A stretch of DNA of 64,000 bases from the human T2T-CHM13v2.0 reference genome, Homo sapiens: assembly GCF_009914755.1 (NCBI RefSeq), contig NC_060929.1; one strand, given 5' to 3'. Position numbers and translations under genes: made by a program. How positions within the stretch are numbered: the stretch's first letter is position 1; every line of letters starts with the position of its first letter. Shown in pieces: positions 35,786-50,252 of this stretch. Under the pieces are notes generated by a model. That model saw only the letters and a list, made by a program, of their open reading frames with translations. It searched no databases and had not been told where the DNA came from.

Positions 35786-36429
35786 AAACTGAAACCACCA
35801 GACCAAGCAGTAAATTTAGCTCTTTTTATGATATTTACCCAGCATAACTATTCTTTTTTCAAAGAGTGAAAGAGAACCATTGTGCTTAATGAATGACAAA
35901 TGTTGATGGGGACATGTGAATTCAAACAGGACAGAAAAAGTGTAGAAACACTGAAAAAGGAAGATCAAGAACTGGACCCAAAGGATAAATTGGAAAAAAT
36001 ATATATATTTTCTCATGTATAATTGCATTCCTATGGGTGTATGGGTGCAATTGTATGTGAACATATATATTTACATATATACATATACAAACACACACAT
36101 ATGTTTCCATACATATGTACATATAGAAATATAAATTTATGTATGGCTACTTATTTATTAAAGTTTGTGTTTGATAGAAGTTATCTGATTGTTTTCTTGA
36201 AAGGCTGAATGAGAGACATATGGAAGGTAATATCCGTTGCTGGTTAGTGGTAGAGACAAACAGGAGCTAAATCAACAAGCTCCTCATGAGTCATGAGAGA
36301 AAAGCAGTGACTCTCAAGGCTAGCCCATGGACCAGTGCCCATTTGGCTACATAAATGAAACTAGGAGAAGTTTTCAAATAATAATTCACTCATGGGCTTC
36401 ATTCATGAAGAATCTGGTTCAGGAGAGAG

Positions 36430-37720
36430 GACAAGGAAATACTTACATGCAATGACCATGCCAAATATGAAACAAACTTATATATAATCCATGGCAAAAA
36501 TAATAAACTAAAAGAAAACTATATTTTGAACAAAATGGAAGAAAAACCTCAACATATTAAAATATGTAAGGTGCAGCCAAAGTTGTAAAAGCATTGCTTT
36601 TAATGCTTATATTTGGGGAAAAAAAAAAAAGTCTAAAGTTAATGACCTAAGATTTTATGTTAGGAACTCAGAAAAAAAGAAATATAGTAAGCCAAGAGTT
36701 AGTAGGAAACAACAAATATAAGAGTTGAAATCAATATAAAAGAAAGTAAACAAAATACAGGGAAAACTTAGCAAATCTAACAAAGATTAAGAACATTAAT
36801 TGATAAATACATATATATATATATGTTTATTAAGTATTAACTTACATGATCACAAGGTCCCACAATAGGCTGTCTGCAATCTGAGGAGGAAGGAGAGCCA
36901 GTCCAAGTTCCAAAACCGAAGGACTTGGAGTCAGACTTTTGAGGGCAGGAAGCATCCAGCAAGGGAGAAAGATGTAGGCTGGGAGGCTAGGCCCCTCTTG
37001 CCTTTTCACGTTTTTCTGCCTGCTTTATATTTGCTGAAAGCTGATTAGATTGTGCCCACCAGATTAAGGGTTGATCTGCCTTCCCCAGCCCACTGACTCA
37101 AATGTTAATCTCTTTTGGGCAACAACCTCACTGACACACCCAGGATTAAAACTCTGTATCCCTCAATCCAATCAAGTTGACACTCAGCATTAACCATCAC
37201 AGGAAGGAAGGAAAGAAGGAAGGAAGGGAAGGGAAAGGGAAAGGGAAAGGGAAAGACGGAGGGCAGGACAAAGAAAAGTAAAGAAAAAAGAAAACACACA
37301 CTGCCAATGTCAGTAATGAAAAACCTATGATTTTAGATCTACAGATATTTAAGAAGTTAATAAGGTTATGTTATAAACAACATTATCATTACCAAGTAAG
37401 ATAAAATAAAATATTCCATTACAAAAGGAATTTACTAAAACCAACTAAAAGATAAAATAGAACATTTGAATAGTATTATTTCTATTAAAAAATTAAATTT
37501 GTCATTAATGACCTTCTACCAGGAAAACTCCAGGCAAGAATGGTCTCACTGATGAATTTCATCAAACATATTATGAAGGTATAACACAAATCTCAAACAA
37601 TTTAACGAAATAGGGGAAAATGGAACATTACCCAATATTCTTAAGAGGTCAAGACAATCATAACAAAACTACACAAATGCTGCACCTGAAAGTAAAAATC
37701 CCACATCAAAATCTCTCTTG
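36430..37720 (+). mobile_element. Ancient L1M ORF2 fragment interrupted by an MLT2 LTR
   Basis: A-rich degenerate ORF2 motifs, e.g. AAAACTCCAGGCAAGAATGGTCTCACTGATGAATTTCATCAAACAT (about KTPGPDGFTGEFYQT). Confidence 0.7.
36808..37201 (-). mobile_element. MLT2A (HERV-L) LTR, truncated at the (TA)n end
   Basis: GTTTATTAAGTATTAACT..ATGATCACAAGGTCCCACAATAGG...AATCAAGTTGACACTCAGCATTAACCATCACA. Confidence 0.88.
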
Positions 37721-39472
37721 TATTACATATCATAAGGGTCCAATATCTCATGTGCTAAAGGTGTAGGGGCCAAATAACAATTATATGGCTGAGTAATTGA
37801 ATGGGTGATGCTAACTGCTATTCCTTCATGTGGAAGAAACATGATAGGCTCAAATCTATTAATCTACAAAATTTTCACATAAGGGTGAGGGCCTACTTGG
37901 CAGCATGTAAAAAGACATTTGATTCCTACAACAGAAAGTTAGAATAGTTAAAGGTATATTCTGGACTTAGTAGTAAAAGTGAAAGAAGTTCATCTTAGGC
38001 AAGTCTCCTACAAAATATCAAGGTCCTACTAGACAAAAAAAAAATTTTAAACCCTGAAATTTGAGATAGAATTATATGAGTAGTTGCAAGTGAGAATTTA
38101 AATTCCCAGATTCATCCGAACCTTCTGGACCTGTAGAATAATCTTATTTTTAAAAAAGAGTTCCTTTTATTAAAGACTATGTAGAGTCTTCAAATGAAAC
38201 AGGTGTCTTATAACACAGGGCTTGTCACTTCGTGGTCTACCCCAACTTTACCCCATCGATATTTTGTCTTCTTATCCTTCAGACCCATTATTATGGTAAA
38301 ACCTCAGCATAACCCACTGGAGAAGTGCTGAGCTTGGTAATAGAAGAGAAATTCCATATATCAAAGAACTTGCAGGACCCAGCTAACATGTAACTGCAGG
38401 AATGAGAATAGCATGGCTGAGAATGTCTCCTGAGGGTAATAGATCAAAGGCTACTACCAGATAAAGCTGGATAAAGGAGAGGTTGGTGATAAGGAAGTAC
38501 TCTCCAATGTCATATGATTTTACACATTTTCAAGGGCCCTAACTGACAGGTTTAATACACTCCTGAGACTGGTTTTGGAAATTTGAAAAAAGTGATGGTC
38601 AACAATAAAAGGAACAGAAATCTTAGGTCTGCTATGGCAGACTAGGTAGGAAGAGAACAAAAGACTCAGAAAAGTGAGCATGCCATAGAAGATGTCTAAT
38701 AGAAAATTAGAAAACTCACCAACTGACTGTGTTCTTTTGGAGAGCCTGGAGGAAAATGTGTTTACCAAGGCAATGAGAACTGCACTAATGAGGATGGGAC
38801 AAGCATCAGTTAAGCCTGTGGTCTGTCTACTGAGATTTCTGTTAGGAGATGCATAACCCAGATCTCTGGTAGTAATGACGGTAATGCATTGTGGAATATC
38901 AGAGGCCAGGTTGTAGCATTTAACTGTCTGAACCAAGGTGGGTATAGTTAATGTAATGAGTAGCAAAGTTTGAAGGACACTTAGGAGTGTATGACACCCA
39001 GAATTTATTTAGATTGCTCACAGAACATTGATAAATAGCTAAGAAATAAATATAATCAATGACCATATAATATAATCAAAAAGTATTTAAAAGGGGTAAA
39101 CAGATAATGAAATTTGTAATTCTAAATATGTCACAAGCTCTTGTCCAGTTATCAAACCTAAGCTAAGTTTTAGACCCAGAACCTACGAGAAGTTGGATCT
39201 CCATGAAGAAAGATCCTGCAATACTACAGCAAATATAAACCATGGTGATTCCCCCAAGTCCTTCTTCCAAGAGTAAGTACACAGTAGGAAAGGACAGTCT
39301 CCAGGTCCTTTAAGGGTTGTTTAGTGAAAGATCCAATTTGATGCTGGTATTGGAGGAAGCAGTGCTATCATGCCTCCTTCTAGTAGTAGCACATACAGGT
39401 CAGGTAACAAATGAAGCCTGTGCTCAGGTCTACCACACAGTGGGGTCTACTTAGTCAACAAATACATCTGGT

Positions 39473-39673
39473 AAGTAGTGTGCTGGTACATGTTTGTCAG
39501 TTAGTTCTCTGAGAACACAAAATCCTAATGTGTGGCAATTTTCATATCTGTGGTGTAAATACTCCCACTATAGCTAATTCGAGCTACCAACATGACAACA
39601 CTGGGCATAGAGCTGGGAGATGTGTGTGATTAGCTCTTGTGAACCAGTAGAAGCCAGCTCCAGTGCACCGCTG
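39473..39673 (-). mobile_element. hAT-Blackjack MITE (MER63-like)
   Basis: Imperfect TIRs AGTAGTGTGCTGG ... CCAGTGCACCGCTG. Confidence 0.65.
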
Positions 39674-39724
39674 TGTCCATTGGACATTTTCCCAGATTGC
39701 AAATATATAGTTGAAATGGATATA

Positions 39725-40331
39725 CAATAAGCTTTCACTTGACATCATCAATAGCTTCTTGGAAACTGCAACTTTAAGCCCAATGACAATGTATAAACAA
39801 ACCAATTTTACCATAGGTTAATTGATATAAATAAGAGTTAAGTTCCTATGGCATATTTCTGGTCACAAAAAATTCACCAAATGGCTGAATAAAGACCAAA
39901 ACACTTCTAATATTAAACGTTGAAGTAAATGTGACTTATACATACATTTGAGAAAGATTACCAAGAACAAGTGAAAGAATTATTCACCTAATTATTCCAG
40001 TTCAGGGAGGTAGGTGGCCGGAGCCTATCCCAGCAGCTCAGGGAACAAGACAGGAACCAGCCCTGGACAGACCAATCCCATCACAAGGCACATTCACACC
40101 TACACCTCTACCTACGCAGACTGGAACCATATAGACACATGAATTCATCTAACATGTACATCTTTGGGATGTGGGAGGAAACCAGAATATACGTAGAAAA
40201 CCCATGCAGACATGAGGAGAACATGCAACTCCACACAGACAATGGCCCTGACTTGGAATCAATTATTTTTTTCTTATCAACATTATAATGCATTTACATT
40301 GGATGAAACAATGTTATTTCAGGACCTACTG
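39725..40331 (-). mobile_element. MER82-like TcMar-Tigger element
   Basis: Flanked by TA. The right-end reverse complement CAGTAGGTCCTGAAATAACATTGT matches the recalled MER82 start. Confidence 0.75.
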
Positions 40332-41278
40332 TACTTAATAGTTGAAAGAACTCTCATATTTGTTCTTCATTTGTATAGTAAAAGTATTGCAGTATCTCCA
40401 CCAGCCAGTATAGTAAATTAAAAAATAATACCTTTCCTTAGATAAGGGATAACAGTGATTAGTGCCACTTTTAAAGACAGAATGAAGAGTTGGTAGTTTT
40501 TATCTGAGGTAGGTTGGGTTTTCTAGAATCTGGCTAAAATAAAGTTTTATGTAATATATTTATGAGATATCAGTACCTGTGAGAAGAAAGAGGATAAAGT
40601 GTATCTGGACAGAAGAGGAACTCTAAATTCAGTAAAGACTCATGAAACTTTGGCCAAGCCAGCTGGGAATTCTGGAATTAGTATGTTTGTGAAATTTTCT
40701 CCTATTGGATTAAATCATCGATACTTTATATTCTACCTTGACCAATTGTTGGATGGGCATAACCTCAGCAAAGCAGTTCTCTGAAACTAAGGCAGACCCT
40801 GCAGAAGTTTGAAGCTGGAGGTTATCCACTAACCACACTGCATGAAAATCTTCCCTGAAAGGGATTTTGGGTAGCCCATCTCCCTGCAAATCTATTAATT
40901 ATATTTTAATTAAATTCACTAGTCAGGAATCTGCAAAACCCACATGATTCAAGGTAGATTACAGTAGGCAATTGAAAACATAACCAACTAACTGGTAAGA
41001 AAGCATTGCAATATTTTATAGGTCTTTTTGGCAGCCATAAAAAATGTTCCTTTCAGGTTTGCTTCAGGGACCATAATTAACTAATGGCACCAGCTATTCC
41101 TCCTTTGAGTCTTCTACCATATTTGCAGAGAGTCCACACTTCCTGCAAACTACTCCAGCTAGTCACTGAGCACAGCATGGGTACTGACACAGTCCAATTC
41201 CCACAAGATGCAAGATCCCTTAACAACTCTAGCTTGATACCTGTCTATAATCCTAGCCCAAACATTTTGGAACAGTAC

Positions 41279-41870
41279 TGTTGTCTGGATAATGACCCTG
41301 TTAAAGATATCTGATCCCACCCCCCACCCCAGTACCTATGAATATGTTCTTACCTGGCAAAGGGGACTTGAAGATGTGATTAAAATCGAGAAATGACCCT
41401 GGATTGTATGGATGGACCAAACTTAATCACAAGAGTACTGAAAACTCAGAACCTTTCCCAGATAAAATGCAGAAGGTATAACAGAAGAAAAATCCGAAGA
41501 GATACATAGTGTGAGAAGAATTTAGCATGATACTTCTGGCTTTGAAAATGGTGGAAGATATCCATGAGACAAGGAATGGGGGTGGCCGCTTAAAAATGGA
41601 AATGTTCCTCAGTTTACTATTAGGAAAAAATAAAAAGACGGCTATAGAACTGAAAGATCTAAATTTTGTAAATAACCCAAGTAAGCAAGAAAACTGATTT
41701 TCCTCTAGAACTTCCAGAAAGGAATCAATCTATGGATTGATTTTAGCCTGATTTTAAATGAGTCTTGCATTGGACTTCTGAGCTATGAAACTGTGACATC
41801 ACAAAGCTGTATTGTGTTAAGCCACTAAGTTTGTGATAGCTTGTTGCAGCAATAACAGAATAGTAATACA
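41279..41870 (+). mobile_element. MLT1 (MLT1D/E-like) MaLR LTR
   Basis: GGCAAAGGGGACTTGAAGATGTGATTAA and AAGCCACTAAGTTTGTG...GCAGCAA...TAATACA. Confidence 0.8.
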
Positions 41871-44800
41871 CTACCCAATCCATTTTCTTTCCCCTCCTCT
41901 TTCACAAATGTTAGATCTCTCACAACAATCTGAAGGTCTCACCATCTTTTTTTACTCCCTCCTTTTATCTTTTATAGGCATTTCTCCTAATAGATCTAAC
42001 CTCATTTTGGCATCATTTTCTCAAAGGACTTGAATAGGTTTTTATTTTGAATGTGAAAGTAGCATACTGTGTACTAGTGAATACTGTTACACTTAATTTA
42101 CTGGACAACAAGGAAGGCTGCTAGATTTGAATGGGCCAGAGCTAGAAAAGGTTTTTCTACAGGTTCAAATTTCAGTACAAGCAGCCCTGACACCTGAGCC
42201 ATAGGAACAGCAGATCCAAAGCTATGAGAATATCTTGATAGAGAAGGATTCGGTGTTACCACTCTGGAAAGTGCCAATATGAGTGTCATTCCAAGGAACT
42301 CTAAAATTCTGGAGCAAAGCCGTACTATCTGCAGCAGAGAACTACACATCACTTAAAAAGCAACTGTAGGCATGCTATGGGTCCTGACAGAAAGTTCCCA
42401 AACATGGAGATTTCAAATGACCATGCAATCAGGGTCCTCCATCATGAGCTGAATAATATCAGACCTACCAAGTCATAATATTAGGTAAGTCCAACAGCAA
42501 TCTATTACAAAGTACAGGTGGTACATCTGGAATCAAGCTTCAGTAGGTTCACATGGTATAAGTAAGCTTGCATCAAGAGATGGCCTAGAAACCCTATCAT
42601 CTGCCACAATTGAAACAATGCCACTCTCTTGGCTCATATTGATGACCTTATGGGAGAGTGCCAAGACATGCTAACGAAGAGGAAATGGCATGAGGTTTGT
42701 TCTCAGATGGTTCAACTTGGCATGGGAGAGAGCCAAATATAAACACTCATGTACTACAGCCCCACTCAAAGGTGGCTCTTATCAGAAAGGGAAAATTCTT
42801 CCCAAGCGCATAGCTTCAGAAAGTGCAACTTATCACCTTTCCGTGAAAGAGAAAAGTGGCCTAAGGTAAGTATATACTGGAATAATATGCAGGGGCAAAT
42901 GTTTTAGCAGTTGGGCTGAAAGAAGCAATGTTGAAAGACCCAAGACAATGAAGTCAGGGAAAGAGATATGGGGATGAGCAAAAAGTGGGAGGATGTTTGT
43001 AAAATGGCATGGTACTGCAAAAACTCAATTTTTGCTCTTTGTGATTGTTGTTAGTAATTTGTTGTTCTACCATTTCACGATGATAGGTTTACTAAGGTAG
43101 TGTTCACTAATCTTGTTAGCATTTGGTAGACCATTTCAGTTTTTAGATATCACTTTAGCTTGAGAAATTTTCTTGGGTTATTTGAAAGTATCTTTTTTTT
43201 TCATTTTCCATATTGAGTCTTATTAAACTCCTATTGGTCAGATTTTGGCCATCCATATTGAATATCTGTATTCTTTTTGTTTGAGCTTTGAATTCTGTTT
43301 TCTTTTTGCTTTTATTTAGGAATTCTCTGCAATTGTCTTTGTAACCCTTCTATTTAGTGTTATATTTGGGAGAACAATTTTAATTTCCAAAAGCTCTTTC
43401 TTGTTTTTTATTAGCTCTTTTTTATTGACATTTTATTCTGGATTTTTAGGTATAATATCTTTTCAACTTTATATGAAATTCCACTTAAACATTTTGTTTT
43501 GTTTTGTTTAATTTCTATACTATTCTTCAAATCGCTTCTCTTTTCTCTTAGAGTTATGTTTTTATTTATTTAAACTCTTTTTGTTTATGCTACAGGTTTT
43601 TCTCAAATTTTTGGTGTTCTGTGTACATCCCCTCATATTTACTAATGATACCCCCATGCCAAATAAAAGTTTACATGGCTCTGTGTACATTGGTGGGTTT
43701 GTTAATTTATAGGATTTATTTTAGAGTGGGAGGGTACAATGCTCACCTTGAAGCTGTCACTATATAAGTGACCTCTAAATGTCAGAACACAGAGGCCTTT
43801 ACACTAGGGATTTGTCACCTCCATTAGCTACCTAGCTCCTCTTTGATGATTTATTCACTTTGTTTAGGTAAGAATACTTGCATTTTTTAGCCTAGGAGAG
43901 AGCACTCTGCTGTTGCTGTTTTATTAGAAGGGACAGGTCAGTCTACTCATTCATACGTGGACCTGTAAAATGTTCTCTAGTTTTCATTCCCAACCATTAC
44001 ATCTTCCTTTTCAAAATCTGATATGTCCTAGTGCACAGCCTCTGTAGAGTTAGACCAAATGGTTGAATACACTCTCAGCTGGAATCCTCTGTTCTGCTTC
44101 ATCAGTCAACAGAGTTAAATAAACAGAGTTTTTTTGCTTTCAAGCAGCTCAGAATCAAGAGGTATTGATAAACAAACAGGTAATTATAACACAATGTGGA
44201 AAAAAGTGATAAACTTATACAAATGAGATTGCATGATCATAGAGATGCACTGCCTAAACCCATTTGAAACTCAAACAGTGTAGGTGTTTTGTGGTCACGC
44301 AAAATCGCCTCATATGTCACTGCTGAGCTGTAGGAGCACAGACTTGGTTTCCTGGTTATTAATTTCAGTGTCATCATATGAAAAGGGGATAATTAGACAT
44401 TCTTCATAGGGCATTATATAAAGATGAAATGACATATTACATACAAAGCCATGCAAAACTGCCTGAAACTAAAAAGATCTTGCATACGGAATGCCCTCAG
44501 TAAATGGTAGTTACTGATTTTCTTCAATTTTGTCATATGACTTTTATCATATTTTATCTTCTCTACAATGGGAAAGCTTCTTATGATTCATGCAAAGAAA
44601 TGTGCCATCTGTTAGGTGAAGGGTTAGACTATGATATAGCTGTCATTGTCTGCTCATGTGTGAATTTAGCAGTGCTAAGAAGGTATCTGTTTATCTTCTT
44701 GTCAGCTGAGGTATTTTATTGGTAGTTCTACAAATGATTAAACTTGAAAGTAAATCTTAATTGTTACTTCAAATGTCTCCAAGGAAACAATTCTATAATG

Positions 44801-45020
44801 CAGAGCTGAAACAAAAGTCTTATCATGTACACACAAGAAGCCTGCATGTAGCAAAATTAAATACAGTGGAGACTGTCAGATCTCTCAGGATAGCACTGAC
44901 ATTGCCAAATTTAGGACAGTTTACTGTGGCAGTTGCATCCACAATGGGCTACAATTTAGCAGATAAAATTTTTCTGCCAAAAAGTTCTAGCTGACTTTCA
45001 AGAAAAGTTGGGTTACCCTT

Positions 45021-47292
45021 TGTATTAGTCCATTCTCATGCTGCTATAAAGTACTGCCCAAGACTGGGTAATTTATAAAGGAAAGAGGTTGAATTGACTC
45101 ACAGTTCTGCATTGCTGAGAAGGCCTTAGGAAACTTACAATCATGATGGAAAGCAAATGAGAAGCAGGCACCTTCTTCACAGAGCAGCAGGATGGAGTGA
45201 CTGCAAACAGGGGAAATGCCAGACACTAATAAAACCATCAGATCTCCTGAGACTCACTCACTATCATGAGAACAGCATGGGAGAAACCACTCCCATGATC
45301 CAATTACCTCCACCTGGTCCAACACTTGACACATAGGAATTAAAATTCAAGATGAGATTTTGGGTAGGGGCACAGCTAAACCATGTCATTCTGCCCCTGT
45401 CTCCTTCCAAATCTCATGTCTTCACATTTCAAAACCAATCATGCCTTCCCAACAGTCCTCCAAAGTCTTAACTCATTCCAGCCTTAACCTAAAAGTTCAA
45501 GTCTAAAGTATCATCTGAGACAAAGCAAGTCCCTTCTGCCTACCAGCCTATATAATCAAAAGCAAGTTAGATTACTTCCTACATACAATGGGGGTACAGG
45601 TATTGGGTAAATACACCTGTTCCAAATGGGAGAAATTGGCCAAAACAAAGGGTCTACAGGCCTTATGCAAGTCCAAAATCCAATGGGGCAATCAAATCTT
45701 AGAGTTCCAAAAGGATATCCTTTGACTCCATGTCTCACATCCAGGTCACGGTGATGTAAGAGGTGGGTTACGATGGCCTTGGGCAGTTCCACCCCTGTGG
45801 CTATGCAGGGCATAGCCCCCTCCTGGCTCTTTTCATGGGCTAGCATTGAGTGTCTGCAGCTTTTCCAGGTGAACGGTGCAACCTGTCAGTGGATTTACCA
45901 TTCTGGGGTCTGGAGGACGGTGGCCCTCTTCTTACAGCTCCTTTAAACAGTGCCCCAGTGGGGACTCTGTGTGAGGGCTCCAAACTCCTTTCCACACTGC
46001 CCTAGCAGAGGTTCTCCATGAGGCTTCGCTCCTGCAGCAAACTTACCTGGAAATTCACGTGTTAACATATATCCTCTGAAACCTAGGTGGAGGTTCCCAA
46101 ACCTCAATTCTTGTCTTCTGTGCACCTGCAGGATCAACACCACATGGAAGCTGCCAAGGCTTGAGGCTTGCATCATCTGAAGCAATAGCCTGAGCTGTAC
46201 CTTGGCCCCTTTTAGCCATGGCTGGAGCAGCTGGACACAGAGAACCAAGGGTCAAGTCCCAAATCCTGAGGCTGCACACAGCAGGGGGGACCCTGGACCC
46301 AGCACAGGAAACCATTTGCCATCCTAGGCCCCTGGACTTGTGATGGGAAGATCTGCCAGGAACATTTCTGACATGCCCTGGAGACATTTTCCCCATTGTC
46401 TTCATGATTAACATTTGGCTCCTTGTTACTTGTGCAAATTTCTGCAGTGGGCTTCAATTTCTCCCCAGAAAATGGGTTTTTCTTTTCTATTACATTGTGA
46501 GGCTGCAAATTTTCTCAACTTTTATGCTCTGCTTCCTCTTGAATGCTTTACACTTAGAAATTTCTTCTGCTGATACCTAAATCATCTCTCTCAAATTCAA
46601 AGTTCCACAGATTTCTAGGGCAGGGGCAAAATGCCCTCAGTCTCTTTGCTAAAGCATAGCAAGAGTCACCTTTGCTCCAATTCCCAAGAAGTTCCTCATG
46701 TCCATCTGAGACCACCTCAGCCTGGACTTCATTGTTTGTATCACTATCAGCATTTTGATCAAAGCCAATCAACAATTGTCTAGGAAGTTCCAAACTTTCC
46801 CACATTTTCCTGTCTTTTTCTGAGTCCTCCAAACTGTTCCAACCTCTGCCCATTACCCAGTTCCAAAGTCGTTTCTACATTTTTGGGTATCCCTATAGCA
46901 GCTCCCCACTACCTTGGTACCAATTTACTGTATTAGTCCATTCTTATGTTGCTGTAAAGAACTGCCTGAGATTGGGTAAAGAGACTAGGAATGAGGTTTA
47001 ATTGACTCACAGTTCTGCATAGCTTGGAAGGCATCAGGGAACTTACAATCATGGTGGAAAGCAAAGGAGAAGGAGACACCTTCCTCACAGGGCTGCAGAA
47101 TGGAGTGCAAGCCAGGGAAATGCCAGATGCTTATAAAACCACCAGATCTCCCAAGACTCACTCACTACCATGAGAACAGCATAGGGGAAACTGTCTCCAT
47201 GATTTGTTCACCTCTACCTGGTCCTGCCCTTGACATGTGGGAATTACAATTCAAGATGAGACTTTTGGTGGAGACACAGCCAAATCATACCA
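45021..47292 (-). mobile_element. Complete THE1 (THE1D-like) MaLR: LTR 45021-45388, internal 45389-46928, LTR 46929-47292
   Basis: Two homologous LTRs each starting TGTATTAGTCCATTCT. Perfect 5-bp TSD CCCTT at 45016-45020 and 47293-47297. The internal ORF fragments resemble THE1-int. Confidence 0.93.
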
Positions 47293-48377
47293 CCCTTTAA
47301 GATTCATATCTCAATTATGAGGGAGAAGTAAGTTTAATCTGATCTCTTCAATCTGCTTCAGAAGTACACAATGATGGTGGAGGTACAAAGTGATGGGCAT
47401 GGATCGCAATGTGCAACATGTGTGTGTGATTACATGTGAAACTGCCAATTGCACGCTTAATTCAGAAAAGTCTTTAGTCTTCAACAATAAACTCAATGTA
47501 TTATTATGCTGAGGAGGAAAATAATGTGAAAGTCTTTATTAAGAGAAATGAAGAAAGCTATAATTAACTTTTTGTGTATTATAGCACATAACGATGGATG
47601 AATCAGTTTGCAATAGCTACGTAATGAACCATTCAAAACTGCATGGCTTAAACAGGTATTTACTTATAAATTTGTAGGTTTTCATGGGCAAGTCTGCTGA
47701 TAAGAACCAGTCTTAGTTGGTCTTGGCTTGGCTTGCTCTTGACTCTTGGGTCAGCTGACAGGTCAGGTTTGGACAAGGTGATTTAGGATGACCTCAGCTG
47801 GGTTATTTAGGATGACCTCATTTCTGTTGCATATGTTCTCCCATCTTCTAGAAGATTAGTCTGAATTTATTCTCATTTTGGAGGAGGGTGCAAAGAGAAA
47901 GATAAAGAATGTTAAGAGGAATGTAATGCTTCTTAAAAGCTAGGCTCAGAACCACATTTACCATTACTTCTGACAAATTCTATTAGCCAGTGAAATTCAC
48001 ACAGCAAGCCTAGATTCAAAGGAGTATGTAAAAAATCTCCAACTCTTGAAGTGAGGAGCTACAAAATCACATTTCAAATCGTGCAGAAACTGGAAGGAAT
48101 AATGAATTGGCAGGTTGGCATGGTTCAACCCAACCAAAATGAAATCTTAGCAACCAGGAAATACTTGCTGCTTTAATACAATTCTTTATGCTCCAACTAT
48201 TTCAGTTGCCAAGTAACTTGATGTGTGGGATGAAACACATGATTTTTATTTCAACTTTAGTTTTCTTGGTTTTTCATTTGTAAAGCAAGCAGGCTAGGTA
48301 GATCCTACTTTATGTTTTCAAATAAAATCCTCTCATCCCAAAGAGATTCTTCCATAACTCTTTGAGAGTTAAGGTGA

Positions 48378-48939
<562 letters not shown>

Positions 48940-50252
48940 TCCATCTCCTTTCAAAGTCCTTATCTTTTTGGATCAAAATGGTTAAAAGCTTAAGGAAAAT
49001 AATTTATGCATTTATACCATTGGGTATACCTGTATAATTTTTCAAGACCTTTTCCTTGTTACTTGTGCTTCTTTGGCCAATTAAATTCAATGAGAATGTT
49101 GTGTTTTAAAATATGCAACATTCTGCAGGAACCAGTGAATTCCATCTTACTGGCTTTTGTTCCTTTTCTACTTATTAAATAAAGGAATTCTCTAAAGCTT
49201 AGTCCTTTTTTATTTAAGAATTCATCAATTGACATATGAAATATTTATACATTAATCTAGAATTGTTCCTCAAATTTTATTTCCTCCTCTTCAACTGAGT
49301 ATCGAATTATTTGGATACTAATTTCTTGACATTTTTCAAATTCAATTTACATTAGACCCCTTTGCTTCCTTCCAAGATGAATTAAAAGAAATTGTATTCT
49401 TTACCTCCTGCTTTAACTCCTGCCTAAAAAAGCTAATAAATAAACACAATATGTGGAAAGTTATGTTTTTTAGACACTGGACATTAATCAACAAAGCTCA
49501 GTGAAGTGATCCCTGACCTGAAAATGAAAGAGGTAATATCACTACAGATTCTATTGATAATTGTAAAATAAGCAAACAATGAACAATGTTATGCCAATAA
49601 ATTGGAAAACTTAGATGGAATGGACAAATACCTCAAAAGACACAAACAACAGGAGTTCACCCAAGAAGAAATAGACAAGCATAATGGCCTAACTTATCTG
49701 TATATGACTTGATAATTTCTTACCTCCTCATCTGAGTTTATGATGCCACCTTTATCCTGGTCAGAAGGCTTTCAAGATTTGAATTAATTTTTAAGATTTA
49801 TACCTCCTTTTCTTCAAAATTGTTTGCTCTTTCTTAATCTTATTTGTAATATTTCTAACATTTTCTTCTTTCTTTTCATTTCCTTTCCTACTGTCCTTTT
49901 TATCTTAAAATTGTACTGTGGTAATACTTTGTCCCTGTACTTTTTTTAAAAAAACCTAACATGTAGCGTAACTCCTAGCACTTAGTACCCAGTGGATATT
50001 TGCTGAATGAACAATGTGGTGGGGTTAAATGCATGAGCTTTGAAAATGAAGCTTCCAAAATTCGAAGCTTGGCCTTTAAAATCTATCTTTTGAAAATCTT
50101 CCTGATATTTCTGCATCATAGTTTGCTCATCTTAAAAGTTAAAATAATTTTATCTTCCTCATACAGTTGTGATGACTTATATAATTAATAAGTTTTAATC
50201 ACTTAAAGCAGTTACTAGTACACAGTAAACTCTCCAAAAACATTTTTTACTA

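Larger units (their letters stand above)
37730..43000 (+). mobile_element. Ancient ERV-L internal region (gag/pro/pol remnants), fragmented by nested insertions
   Basis: Gag-like IKLDKGE near 38460. Pol tether FWSKAVLSAAENYTSLKKQL*ACY near 42307-42378, QQQSITKYRWYI near 42492, and RNase H FSDGS near 42700. Confidence 0.72.

Noticed and set aside
38520-38966. 148-aa minus-strand ORF
   Set aside because: Antisense to a decayed ERV-L gag, with no recognisable domain.
45556-46853. Several 96-119 aa ORFs
   Set aside because: Broken THE1 internal ORF in shifting frames.
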